Of a stretch of DNA of 64,000 nucleotides, positions 51,660 to 63,911 are shown piece after piece. The stretch comes from Lama glama. Its lineage: Eukaryota. The position numbers and the translations under genes were made by a program. The stretch is taken from positions 86,864,001 to 86,928,000 of the forward strand of contig CM052816.1 of the NCBI GenBank assembly GCA_028534125.1. Reading direction: 5' to 3'. The stretch's first letter is position 1. Each line of letters opens with the position of its first letter. Below the pieces are notes generated by a model, which was not told where the DNA came from, ran no database searches, and worked only from the letters and a program-made list of their open reading frames with translations.

Positions 51660-51910
51660 GTGAATAGATATGCTTTTTTTCTTCACCTCTTAACTTTGGG
51701 TTGCCACAAAGAGTTTTGGTCAATGACCAAACATGATCCAAGCAAAATCTTGAAAGGCATTTACTTGCTCTGGGACATCATCTATTGTGGCACTGAGGAA
51801 GCCCTGCCATGACCACCCTTTGAAGAGCTGTGATATAGCCTGCAAAATAATGAGACATGTGACAAGTCACCCCTGTCATCTCAGACAAGACTCAGCCAGT
51901 CAAAGAGGCA
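51660..51910 (+). mobile_element. MaLR LTR fragment (MLT1G-like)
   Basis: ctttgggttgccaca...tttggtcaatga...aaacatgatccaagcaaaatcttgaaaggcattt...tagcctgcaaaataatgagacatgtgacaagtcacccc. Confidence 0.55.
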
Positions 51911-52138
51911 GTCAGGGACTCAGTCCTCTGCTCTCATCTGCACTGATACATCATACTCTCTGATCTGTGGGGGAGAAAATGGAACATTAGAGGAACTGGT
52001 ATCTTCTCTTTTCTCCTCTTGCTTGCATTATTGCAGTGAGTGAATAAAGGCTTGATTATTACTTTTAGTTTATTTTAGTTTGGCTCTTTGTCCTAATTAC
52101 TTCCTAAAGCCAGGCATCTCGGTGCCCCACCCCTTACA
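51911..52138 (+). mobile_element. 3' part of another LTR (ERVL-class, family uncertain)
   Basis: AATAAA (gagtgaataaaggcttg) followed by a U5-like T-rich tract ending ...ccccttaca. Confidence 0.4.
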
Positions 52139-53834
52139 TTTTCAAATTGATATGACACATGATGGCAGCTTTAATCTGTATTTCTACTAGTCATATACAT
52201 TTGATAACAACACTCAAATCCAATAATGAAAACCAGTGTCATCAGAGAAAATAACCCGTTTTTAGAACCCTGACACAGCATGCTTATTAAAATTCTGACA
52301 TTCTTAAAATGAGTATAGTAGACATCACATTGGTATCTTGACAGTATCTTTTGCATCACCACATTTAGGAATAATTAATATTTGAGGGATTCAGATATGA
52401 TTCCAAAAATGTAATTCCTTAGTGCACCATGAATTATTTATGTTGTGTTCAATGTTCTCTTTATAGAGCTCTGTATAGATTTGAGGTAGAAAGCTTAAAA
52501 CCCCTCTTAAATTTTTCTTCCAGGTTCATAACCCACAATCTGACAAATAGCTTAAAATGTTCTCTGTAATTTCCTGTTTTGCTTTATGGTTATTGTAAAT
52601 TTTTCTAAAGATTGTTCCATGTGTGCAACTTCAGGTAGGAGAAAGCTGAAGGCTTATACCTCTGCTCAGAAGTTATCTATTGACAGGCGCTGGCCTACAG
52701 ATTATGAAGGAGATTATCAAAGTATCTAATACTTACCAGAAGCAAACAGTAAGAGGTTAGCTTATTGGGATTTGTTCTAATCATCATCTCTGAGTAATAA
52801 AGTAGTAGAATCAACCCCACTTCAATCTCTACTACCGGTCCACGCAGATAATTACATCAGAAAGATAAAGATACATTGCCAGACCTAAGGTCTAAACATT
52901 ATTACAGCATAATGAATCTTTGCAAAGGGAGGTGGCACAGATATTTGGCACAAAACAATTTAAACACCATGGTAATTTGAAATCTGCTCTCTAGGATGAC
53001 TGTGCTCCACCCCGTTTTACTTTAAATTCCCATCCACTTGGTTCCTGACCTGTATGTGTAAGAGGATACAGATTCTAGAATCTGATGTGAAATTCCCTAG
53101 GTAGGGCCAGGAAAGGCTTTTGTCCCAGGGCCCTTCATTTTTAGCTGACTTAGTTGCCAAGCCCCTAAATCCTCTTCATCAACTGCATTGGAGCTTGAGA
53201 AAGTATAGTAGATCCAATTGCAGCTTGTCTGCTGAAGCAATGTCTCAACTATGCAGTTAGTTTTTGAGGGTAGGTATGGCATGAAAATTATTCTATTTGG
53301 CCTCCTGATGGCCTGTACACATATAATTGAAATTTCTGTTACCTGTTGTCCTGTAACTTGTCAGGTTCCCCACCTTCTCCCTTTTCCAGGTGTGCTCTCC
53401 TTGCTCCCTGTTAGAGGAAGCAATTGAAGATGTTCCATTTATTCTTGATTTAGTTTGGAGGAGAGCATTTTTACCCTGTTGGCACATCTTTTACATAAGA
53501 AGCATAGAAATACATCCCTGAAACCTAAAGATAGTCTAGCTAGTGCTTTTTGCGTCATTGTGTCCTCTGCAGTCTCTGAGTAAGTGCTCTACACAGTAAG
53601 CATATTACCTTCGAAATCACTGTCCACTTCTTTACTTCAATGGGCATTGACTGTTCTATCCCAGTCACCAAGAAAGTATTTGATTCCAGGTTACCAATAC
53701 AACTGTATCACATGTACTCAATTTTAAGTGCTTGAGTCAAACATATTAGGAACTTGGATTTGCTTATTAAAAAGTAGTAGTGAAAATAAAGGAAATGGCA
53801 TAAATGTTGGGGGATGGGCAGTAGACAAACACTA

Positions 53835-54050
53835 TATGTTAAAAGGTGAAAGTTAAAAGAATACAGTTTTGAGTGTGAAGCCCAACACTAATATGCAAGA
53901 GCTTTGTGACCTTAAGAAGAATACAGCTTCTTTCTGTCACATTTCCTTCATCTACAAAGGGCATAATAATACTAATCACCTTAAGAGGGGTGTTGTAAGA
54001 ACTAAACACATGTAACTAAGTACAGGCACTAAGTTCATGGTCCATACAGG
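53835..54050 (+). mobile_element. MIR SINE
   Basis: gagtgtgaagcccaacacta...gctttgtgaccttaagaag...catttccttcatctacaaagggcataataatacta...gtgttgtaagaactaaa. Confidence 0.7.
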
Positions 54051-54444
54051 TTCACTACCATTTCTATCTCTGACTTTTTAACCCCTTGGTTTAGAATAGG
54101 AATGTTAACCATCTATTTGCATGACTCCTGGGGTTGAGGTGAGTCAACGTCCAAGTGTTGTAAAACGTGGGAAGGAAAGTTATATACTGAGTTCTTACAA
54201 ATGAGTGTTATTAGGGAACTTATAACAACTGTACAGATATGTATTGTATGTAATCATAGCAACATTTAAAATAACTTTATAGATATTTTCATTGTATAAT
54301 ATTGACATACTTACTACACGTAGGTGATTTTTTGTTAATCACAGACTAATTACCAATTAATATTGATGGTAGCACCCTTAAAATATGCTTGAATCAATCA
54401 GTGTTACTTAATAATAGTTTCAGAAACAAAAATTTTAATCAGTA

Positions 54445-54933
54445 TGGTACCAAGCCCAAGCTCGCACTGCTCATCGCACACAGGCAAATAAATCAACAGA
54501 CGAGTTGTTGGGGCAAGGAATAGCAACTTAATTCAGAAAGCCAGCAGGCTAAGAAAATGGTGGACTAGTGTCCTAAAGAAACATCTTCCCAGAGTTAGGA
54601 TTCAGGCTTCTTTTATGCCAAAAGGGAAGGGATTGTGGTTGGTTGCTGCAGACCTCTTCATGCTAGAATCCTTTGTTCTTGCAGCTGTCCACTTAGGTCT
54701 GGTCACAGTATTCCTATAAACCTACAACAAGACAAGTGTTATTCTCTGTTCTGCAGCTTTTACCTCAATATGAATGGGAAAATGTTATACCTTTAAAGGC
54801 CGGAGTCTTAAGAATGGGCAATCCTGTATACATCAGGCTCTAGGCATTCTTAACTTGTGAAAACAATAGAATACAAAGGTTAAGGTGAAAGAAACGATCC
54901 AATGTGGAGTCAGATTTATTCTCCCTTATTTCA
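54445..54933 (-). mobile_element. ERV1-class solo LTR (cetartiodactyl type), 489 bp
   Basis: TG...CA bounded. Minus strand starts tgaaataagggagaataaatctgactccacattggatc, has a cataaaag TATA-like box, and ends ...ttggtacca. 4-bp flanks agta/aata (3 of 4 match) fit an ERV1 TSD. Confidence 0.85.
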
Positions 54934-56279
54934 AATACAGAATATGTATTATTTAAATATATACCTAGATTGTCACTCAAATGAACAAAGTTATTACTGT
55001 TTGGCCTTTATTTGAAAATGTAGAAGAGGAAAGTAAAATAATGCAAATATCAGACTTAGCAAGATGTCTAAAAATAGCACAGGAAAATATTAACCTAAGA
55101 AAATATAATTCAAGTCCTATTTGAAGAAATTTGTCGTCCTAAAGTGTAATACACATTTATTATGTGTCTATTATCGGTCAGTCATTTTGTTAATAGAATC
55201 AAATATTGTTTTGTTTAAATACCAAATGTATGAGGTAGAAACTATAATTTTTCTTTTTTTTCCATTTCCTTCTCTTAAAGTGAAGAAACTAACATTCAGG
55301 TTTCAGAGTTAGTGTGTGACTGTGGTCAGAACCAAATTTGTCTTGGGGTTCAATAACATAATATGAATGCTTAATTTATACTATAAACATTATATTAATT
55401 TTTTTCCAAAGGAATCATTATTTTAAGTTTTTCATAGACTAATATAAAAATTGAAAGTAAGAGTTTTCAACAGAATATAATAAAAGCTGTTTCTTTTAGC
55501 AGGACTCATATGTGTTAACCTTTAGATAGTTATTAAAGTGACGTTTAGTGGTAGCTCCTTATTTTATTTCTATTCTAAATATTTTTAGCTGTAAAGAACT
55601 GCACATGTTGATATATCCATGCATTTGGACAATGAAAATACCAGTAGCTTACTAAATGTTTGACTTTATTGACTATAAAGGCTTTCTATAAAAGGACAGG
55701 TTTGATATCTGAGAGTAGATAATGCTAGTAACCTTTGTGATGTGTAATTCTCTCGGTGGCATTATTCTAGAACATGACCAGATGAATTTTGCAATGTAAA
55801 TGCTTCATTTATTTTATTTATTGATGGTTAGTGCTTTGCAAATATTTTTATTGTCTTCATATATAATTTCAGTTAAATATTATCCATTATATATCATGAT
55901 TTTTTTTTTAGAGTAAAAATGTCTGTGCCTATTTTAGTCACTTGGCTTTTCCTCAGGTAGTGGCATATGTATGCGGGAGGATACTTGCTATGTAAAATAA
56001 ATACAATCAATCATACCACATTCCCTAAAAGCAACCTCATGATCACATGGTAGGGACCAGGGCAGAGAGACAAGAACATCAAATAAGGAGGCAAACTTTC
56101 GTTTTAAAATGTTCTCTAGGTGAAGAATTGAGTTGAATTCTCTTGAGAATATGCTAGATTGCTAAAATCTATGAAAGAAAATAGCAGAATGTCATAAACA
56201 GAATCAGAAATAGAATATGCATGTGTAAGGGCCTTAGAATTTTAATTATCATTCTGTACAGATTCACTCTTCCATGTGT

Positions 56280-56690
56280 TCATTTCATTCATGCACTCGT
56301 AATTCACTAGATATTTATTGAGCTGCTACTCTATTCAGTTAACTATACTAGGTCCTAAAAATTCAAAGATTAAAATAAGTTTTTTTCACTTCTTAAGGGG
56401 CTCAGGAGTAGACTGCAAGTTAGATTTCCTTTAAAGAACTATCCTACAGCATGTCACAGGATATATGATAAAATGGAGGTGTGAGGCTGTATTTAAGGAT
56501 AGAACAAACAGCTACCCTATTTCCACATAGAGAGGTTTTGGGTGAAGGAGAGAAGGAAAGAAGGAGGAGGGAGAAGGTAAGGACACTTCAAATAGAAATG
56601 GTGTTTAGACTGTCTTTCAAAGAATAAATTAGGGGTTAGGGTAGATGGATAGAAGAGGGTAGTGTCAAGCACAGAAACCAGAAATGTCTG
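56280..56690 (-). mobile_element. L2 3' region
   Basis: cattcatgcactcgtaattcactagatatttattgagctgctactct...tatactaggtcctaaaaattcaaagat...ggtgtttagactgtctttcaaagaataaattagg. Confidence 0.7.
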
Positions 56691-56747
56691 CCATGACCCA
56701 TTTATTGTGCGTAGTCTTTGGAGCTGAGAATCTGCTGTTATGAAGCG

Positions 56748-57080
56748 TGTAGTCGGTAGTAATTGTGCTGGATAATCTCCACTTGCTCTTCCAGATGCAC
56801 CATCCATCTTCTCTACTCTATTTCAAGCCCTTCAAAGCTTATTTCCATGAGCTCCATCATTCTGGCACCCCTGCCCTCTGGTTTGTAACTATGTTTGGTT
56901 AATGGGAAGCCCTGGGAGGAGAATGGAGTGTGAATGGAAAGGAAGATCAAGGCATTTATGGCCCACGTTCCAACCCCCGATTCATCTATTCCAGGTGGAA
57001 TTTTTGTTAGAGACTGCATCACTCAAGTGGAACCGTGGCAGCCATAGCTGGATTGCATTCCTAGAGCACAAACACTCCCC
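56748..57080 (+). mobile_element. ERVL LTR (LTR33-like) fragment
   Basis: ctccacttgctcttccagatgcaccatccatcttctctactct...cccctgccctctggtttgtaactatgtttggttaatgggaagccctgggaggagaatggag...gatcaaggcatttat. Confidence 0.75.
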
Positions 57081-57114
57081 AGGGTATTGTTGGCATTCAG
57101 ATAGCTCGACCAGC

Positions 57115-57710
57115 AGAAAATAGAGTGACACTTTCACATAAATCAGATCATAATAATTCTGATCAAAGTGTTTGATTATTATTCATTTCATTCAAAGTAA
57201 ATCTCAAAATCTTTATCATGATGGTAAGACCTTGCAGTTTCCATCCTTCCCCACCCTACAGCCTTGCAACCCAAACTACGGCATCTCTGTGACTGTACTT
57301 TGATCATTTGACCCCTTCTTTCTCTCCACAGTCTTGAATGTTTTGCAGTTTCTGATTTGCTACGCCACTCTTGCTTTTGAACCTCTGCATTTTGTATTCC
57401 CTTTGTTTGAAAAGCTCATCTTATTTCTCCAAAACTTAACCCAACCCTTTCTTCAGGGCTTTGCCCAAATGTCACTTCTCCAGAGGGGCCTTGCCTGACC
57501 TTCCTATGCCTGCTATTTTTTTAAATAATATTTCCCTACTGTATTTTTCTGTATAGCTCTTACCAATACATTATTTCTTATCTATATATTAATTTAGAAT
57601 TTATTCTATCTTCTCTAGCTAGAAGATGCATGAAGGGGAAACATTTTATTTTGTTCTACCATTGTGTACTCATTATTAATATTTACTCAGAAAATAAATG
57701 AGTGAACGAA
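57115..57710 (+). mobile_element. L2a-like 3' region
   Basis: cataaatcagatcaca...aaagtaaatctcaaaatcttta...cttcagggctttgcccaaatgtcacttctccagaggggccttgcctgacc...ctagaagatgcatgaagggga...aaatgagtgaa. Confidence 0.85.
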
Positions 57711-58039
57711 ATTTCCATGATTTATTGAGTAGTATACTGACTCAGTATATAATTTGTTTTCTAATTAATATTTTTTGTAATTTTATAATAAATGAATATT
57801 TCTGTATACTACAATCTTACCTTTTTGTTATAGCATTTGCCTTTAAATACAACTTCTGCCTTCAGTTTTCTTTTCATGATAGTATATTTTTCAGTACTTA
57901 CATAGATAAGATAAATGGCTTTTTTTTCTCCCAAAGGCTTCTTTATTTTATATTAGCATTGAAATAATTAGACACCTGGTAGAATTCTAAGGTAACTATT
58001 TTTTTTGGCCATTTATCCCTTAAAATACTACAAATAGTA

Positions 58040-59440
58040 AGATAAAATATCTGCTTTATTTACCTGCATATTTACCATTTCTAGTGCTCCTAATCTTGTG
58101 TATAGATTAAGATTCCCATCTCATGTCAATCCTTCTTCCTTCAGAAATTCCTTTAACATGTCTTTTAGGGCAGATCTACTGACAATCAATTACTTGCCTT
58201 TGTTTTTGAATGATATTTTCATGAGAATTCTAGGCTGGGAATTTTTATCTTTCAGTATTATTTTTAAGCTGTACTTTGTTGTCTTCTGTCCCTCCTTGTT
58301 TTCAACTAGAAGTCTGCTTCCATCCCTGTATCTTCCCTCTCTATCTAGTGTGCTCTTTTTTTCTCTGCCTGACTGTAAGATTTTCTTAGTAACACTGGTT
58401 TTTAACAATTTGATTATGATATTCCTCGTTGAAATTTTCTTCGTGTGTCTTTTGCTTGAGGTTTGTTGAACATTTTGGATATATGAGTTTAATAGTTTTG
58501 TTAAATTTCAAATGTTTTTGGCTAAGTTTCAGATATTTTCCTTCCCACTTTATCTACCTTTTACTGTTTATATTATGCAGATATTTGGTCGCTTAAATTT
58601 TTCCAACAGTTGGGAGTGCTTCATTAGGCTTGTTGTTGTTTCAGATTTTTTTCTCTGTATTTGATTTTGGACAGTGTCTCCCGCTAGGTCTTCTAGTGCA
58701 GTATCTGATGTTTAATTCCATCCAGTGTATTTTTCACCTCATACATTGTATTATTTATCTCTAGGTGTTCAGTTTGTGTCTTTTTTATATCTTTGATAGC
58801 TCTTTTTAACTTGCTGATTTTTTTTGTTTGTTTTCTTTATTTTCTTGCACATATGGAATATACTGAATGTCCTCTAATAATGCTCTCTGTCATTTCTAGA
58901 TCGGTTTCTATGGATTGATTTTCTTGTCAATATGTGTCATATTTTCAGATTTTTTCACATCTCAATTTTGATTGGATGCCAGGCATTGTGAATTTCAACT
59001 TTGGATGCTAAATAGTTTTGTATTCCTGTAAGTTCTAGAGCTTTGTTTTAAGATGCAATTAGTCACATAAAAACACTTTGGTCCTTTCAAGACTTGCTTT
59101 ATAGAGCAGCTTTTTTATCTAAGTCTAATTTTACCTCACCTCCATAGTAAGATATTGTCCCTCCCCATACCCTCCACTAATTCCCATCTCCACCTTCTTA
59201 ACCAAAGGAGACCATTAGGGTTAGTTTTAGTAAATCTTCTTTTGACTTAGCTTAGAAACTCTTTTTGAAATGGAGGCTTGAACAGTCATAGACCTCACCT
59301 AGTTTATTTCCCCGTCTCAGGGATTATGGTTCCACGCTGCCTGATATGCAACGTCTGATGACTGTTATTTCATCTATAGTCCATTTTTGTTGTTGTTGTT
59401 GTCATTTAATAGGAAAGTAAATCTGTTACTCTACCTTGGA
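58040..59440 (-). mobile_element. Old L1M (L1ME/L1MD-like) ORF1 and 5' region
   Basis: ttcctttaacatgtcttttagggcagatctactgacaat...agaattctaggctgg...ttttaacaatttgattatgat...ttaattccatccagtgtatttttcacctca...ttggatgccaggcattgtgaattt. Confidence 0.8.
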
Positions 59441-59444
59441 AGAG

Positions 59445-60074
59445 TTGCAGAACATTATAATTGCCTGAGAGAGAATGAAATGGTACAAGATCCCCCATGT
59501 CCCATCTTTTGAAGCAAAACATTTTTGCTTTAGTATCCTAGGCCTCCTTGGCATCTCAAAGGCTGGCTCAAGAGTTAATGATTAAGAAAATACGAACGTG
59601 TAAAGGCAAAGCTATTGATCTGGGGAATTGGTAACAATTTAGCTTATAAATCAGCAACATAGCAGAGTCTCAAAAACTCCTAGTTTCTTTTGAAAGACTT
59701 GATGCACATTCCTAAGTTGTTACAGGAACCAAACCCCTACCAGATGGAAACTACCAACCACAAGCATGTGGTTTACAGACCAGCTGGAGCCAGAAGACTG
59801 ATATGCTGACCCTTGAAAACTCATTTTGTTAATTCATTGCTAGCCTATCAGAAGACCATGCTCCAGCCGATGTGTAACCTTCACCCCTAGTGTTGCCTAT
59901 AAAAATCCCACCCTGAAAACCATGGAGGAGTTTAAATCTTTTCAGCACCGGCTTCTAATTCTTCTTACTTGATGCCCTGCAATAAATGCTGTACTTCATT
60001 CACTATGATGCAGTGTCAGTAGGCTGGATTTGCTGTGCATTGGACAAGTGGGATCCAAGTTTAGTTCAGTAATA
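59445..60074 (+). mobile_element. ERV1-class solo LTR with TATA box and poly(A) signal
   Basis: U3-R-U5 layout: TATAAAA at 59898-59904, AATAAA at 59981-59986, U5 end ggatccaagtttagttcagtaata (ERV1-like ...ttcggtaaca). The 5' boundary is approximate. Confidence 0.8.
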
Positions 60075-60083
60075 AAAATTGTT

Positions 60084-61405
60084 AGACTTACCATATAATA
60101 CAGCAATCCCACTCCTGGGCATATATCTGGAGGAAGCTCTAATTTGAAGAGATACATGCACCCCAGTGTTCATAGCAGCACTGTTTACAGTAGCCAAGAC
60201 ATGAAAACAATCTAAATGCCCATAACAGATGATTGGATTAAAAAAGCTGAGGGGTATATATATATATATATATATATACAATGGAATACTACTTAGACAA
60301 AAAAGAATAAAATAATGTCATTTGCAGCAACATGGATGAACCTGGAGGTTGTCATTCTAAGTGAAGTAAGCTAGAAAGAGAAAGAAAAATACCACATGAT
60401 ATCTCTTACATGTGGAAACTAAAAAAAAAAAAAAAAAAGACAAATTAACTTATTTACAAAACAGGAACAGACTCACAAACATAGAAAACAAACTTATGGT
60501 TACCAGGGAGGAAAGTGGGTGAGAAGGGATAAATTGGAACTTTGAGATTTGCAGATACTAACTACTATATATAAAATAGATAAATAACAAATTTCTACCA
60601 TATAGCACAGGGAACTATATTCTGCTGCGTCCAGTGTAGCTCAGGACCATGTCCAAGGACAGGTGACACAAGATTTAAGAAAGAAAGAGACAAAAAAAGA
60701 GCAAAGATGGGACCAGGGAACTCAAGATCTCCTGGGTCGAGAGTCCCAAAATCCTGGTCGACATCATATTTATTAGGAGCATACAGCTCAGAAAAAAATG
60801 TGATCAAAGAGTTGGGGCTTTAGATATTCCACTCTATAAGCACTAAATTCTGCTTGCTGTTTAACTGATTAACTTCAGGCCTATCCCTTCCAGGAACAAT
60901 CACCCTCCTTGGGGTATGCAAAATTTCTAAATCTATCCTGTTATTGCCTCTGGGACATCTTGAGATAGCAAATATTTCCCCTGGGCTTAACTGCATGCTT
61001 TCATGCCAGAACAAAGTTATGTTAATAGATGATCTGTCTTTCCAGGACAATGAGGAAATATCTGCCCTCCTTCATGCTCTTATGGTCAATCTCAGGATTG
61101 CTCACCATGAATTTTCTTTAGCATAATACATACTGTAGGTCATCTACTGCGTAAAACAATAAAACAAAGCAAGCATTTTAAGCAAGCAAGTGTGAATATA
61201 GTATTTTAAGCTCATGGAAACTTAGGTGCGGCTTGTTTTCCAGCAGCTTGTTTCCCAGCATATTCAATATTTTGTAGTAACTTATAATGAAAAAGCATAC
61301 TGAAAAGAAATATATGTATATACATTTATGACTGAAACATTATGCTATACACCAGAAATTGACACAACATTGTAAACTGAACATATACTTCAATAAAAAA
61401 TTCAA
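60084..61405 (+). mobile_element. Young 5'-truncated L1 (ORF2 C-terminus and 3' UTR, camelid-type), interrupted by an LTR
   Basis: agacttaccatataatacagcaatcccactcctgggcatatatctgg...gatacatgcaccccagtgttcatagcagcac...tatagcacagggaactatattc[LTR]aatattttgtagtaac...gaaattgacacaacattgtaaactg...cttcaataaaaaa. 10-bp TSD aaaaattgtt at 60074-60083 and 61406-61415. Confidence 0.95.
60623..61260 (-). mobile_element. ERVK (ERV2/betaretrovirus-like) solo LTR, 638 bp, nested in the L1
   Basis: Inverted termini tgctg...cagca. Perfect TSD tattc at 60618-60622 and 61261-61265. Minus-strand AATAAA (tttatt at 60768-60773) and 3' end gagctacactggacgcagca resemble ERVK LTR ends. The LTR nature is well supported; the class is inferred. 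Confidence 0.8.
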
Positions 61406-63911
61406 AAAAATTGTTGTATACTGAAGAGAAATTTTCACAAAGAAAAGTATTAAAATCTTAACATCGAACCTTTTAAGTGTATCCTCTTAAATTATGTGAA
61501 ACACATGGGTGAGAGAGAGAAAGAAGAGAATCATAAAGCCTCATAAATGAATCAATTTAGTTCATAAAATTTAGCAATGGTTATGAAAAAGTTGAGCATA
61601 TGTAAGTATGATTTTTTTTTGGACATCATATACCTCATCAGTCAGCAATTTGGGATTAGCCATTTTGTAGCTCTCAAACAATATTTACCAATTAAATCCT
61701 GCAATTAACCTATGAAGGAAACCTCAAGAATTTTAAAAAGTGTTTCCTATTCTGCTATATATATACAAAAATAGCGAATAATGCATGTAATTTGGAAAAA
61801 ATATATTACATTATCAATCATGGATTGAAGAAAAAGTCAGGAGTAAAAAGGCTTTTCAGGAGGGGTGTGGTTTATGGAAACAGTATGATAAAAAAATTCT
61901 GAAAGTTGAACCATGTACTATTTACTATTTTTTTAGATTTCAAGTTTTCATTTGATATTTTATTCTTTTATTAAAGTTAATTTTTATATTGGATTTACTA
62001 TCATGATCTACATTTCTTTATTTTATTAGTTATAAATATAATTATCTGTTACATCATATTTAAGTAATTTTATTAATGCTTATTATATATAATTGCATGA
62101 TTTTTTAAAAGGAAAGGCCAAAATAAGTAAACACTTAACCAGATATATAAGAAAATGGTCAGAAATGGCCCATACAAGAATCAAAATTTATTTAAATCTG
62201 TAAGTTTTATTTAATGAGCCTATTCATATCAATTGCTACTCTCCTATGTACTTTGATTTGAAAAAAAAAATTGAGACTTGAGATTAAACTTCTTCATATA
62301 TACTTGAAATGTGAAAAAGTAAAGTCCCTTGGATATAGATTCTTCATAAAGTATTTATAATTTTGTAGGCTGTGTAGATTATTTCAATTCATTTGTTTGG
62401 ATTTGATTTTCTGAAAGTATATTAGCAATTAGACTGGCTTTACACTTGGACAAGAATATAAGTACAAGATGAATAGAATATTACTACATTTCCTTAAAAA
62501 CATGAATAATAATGTTGTAAGCTTTACAAACTTCTTAGCCTAATTATGCTGCATTTTCTACAATAGGATGATAGTACTAGCAACCATCACTAGAGAATGT
62601 GCTTCGAGCTGTTTTCTTCCAGTAATTAGCAAGGTGATTGAATATCCACTAAATAAAGTTGGGGAATTTGTAAAGACCACTTGGGAGAATGTGTGCATTA
62701 AACAGCTAGTCTTTTTATAATCACTATGCTTTAAACCTAATTAAACTCAAGAGAATCTAATTAAATGAAGGGGAACAATAAAGCAATAAAACGATTCAAA
62801 GATGAGTTTGATACTTGTAATCTAAAATTCTTTGCGTTAAACCCTATGATTAAAGTTTTAGGAAGGGGTAAATGGACCACTTGCAAGATGGCAAACTCTG
62901 AATTTCAAATTGAATTACAAATTCTGCCCACCAGGTGGAATCATTAAAGACAGCTTTGAAATGGAATACTGATTTGAACACTCAGTGATTTCATTGGTTC
63001 AAGGATATTTTTATTATTTGCCTCCTTTCCCTATTAGTATATATAACATATAGTAGAAAAATTTTATGCTCTGTGGCACCTTAACAATTCAAATATGGTA
63101 ATAATTTTCAATAAGATAATTGGAGCATATGTAATAACAGAATTTTTAAATTAATTAAATAAGACCATTAAAATTAATGAATCAGACATTTCAAAAAGAT
63201 CATGAAAAACTGACAGACTTTTATCTTTTGTGACTGTCTTTTAGAAATTAAATATTTATAGTATGTATTTTTATATAGTGATTACTTATTTCTAAATAAT
63301 TCCAAGAGCCTAATCATCCTAAAAGAAGTAGCTTTGCCACACAGGGGGAATAAAATCCAAAATTAAAAAGAAATATTATCACTTCCTCATTTAACTCAAA
63401 TATCATTTAACTCTTTGGTTGGATGATTTTTCCATCAATTTAAAGGGTACTTAGCAAATGGTGAGACAAATTATAGAAACAATGCAATTATTACTTTAAG
63501 AACCATGGAAATCAGATATTTGTCAATTATGAAGAGATTTAATGGAAATTGCGCCCAATATCATCCCATAGTAACCTAGAATTAAATAAAAAGAATCATA
63601 TTTTTATTTAATAGATATTAATATTTCTTGTGGAGACAACTCAGAAATTTCGAATACTATGCTGCTAATGATAATGTTCATATGTACTATAATGGTATTA
63701 TCAAATCTTAAATACTTATTACACCTATTTTGTTCAGTTGGTTACTGAAATTCTATCTTGTTATAAAGTTATATTATTTTTGTACTAGTCTAAATCCCCA
63801 TTTGATTGCATTGTAAAATATAATAAAATTAAAAGCTTATGGAAGCATATTTATCATATATTGCATGTATATGTATATCAAAAACAAATATCACTTATAA
63901 AAATTAAACAA

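Noticed and set aside
58098..58469. 123-aa hydrophobic ORF, and similar F/L/I-rich ORFs at 1888, 18306 and 41738
   Set aside because: Hydrophobicity follows from T-rich sequence, which is antisense L1 at 58098 and 18306. No evidence of real membrane proteins.
60066..60281. 71-aa minus-strand ORF resembling database 'hypothetical proteins'
   Set aside because: It is the antisense translation of the L1 ORF2 end, a common source of spurious annotations.
62926..62941. Second CTCF-like site gcccaccaggtggaat
   Set aside because: It lacks the conserved C after GG in the core, so it is too weak to list as a feature.
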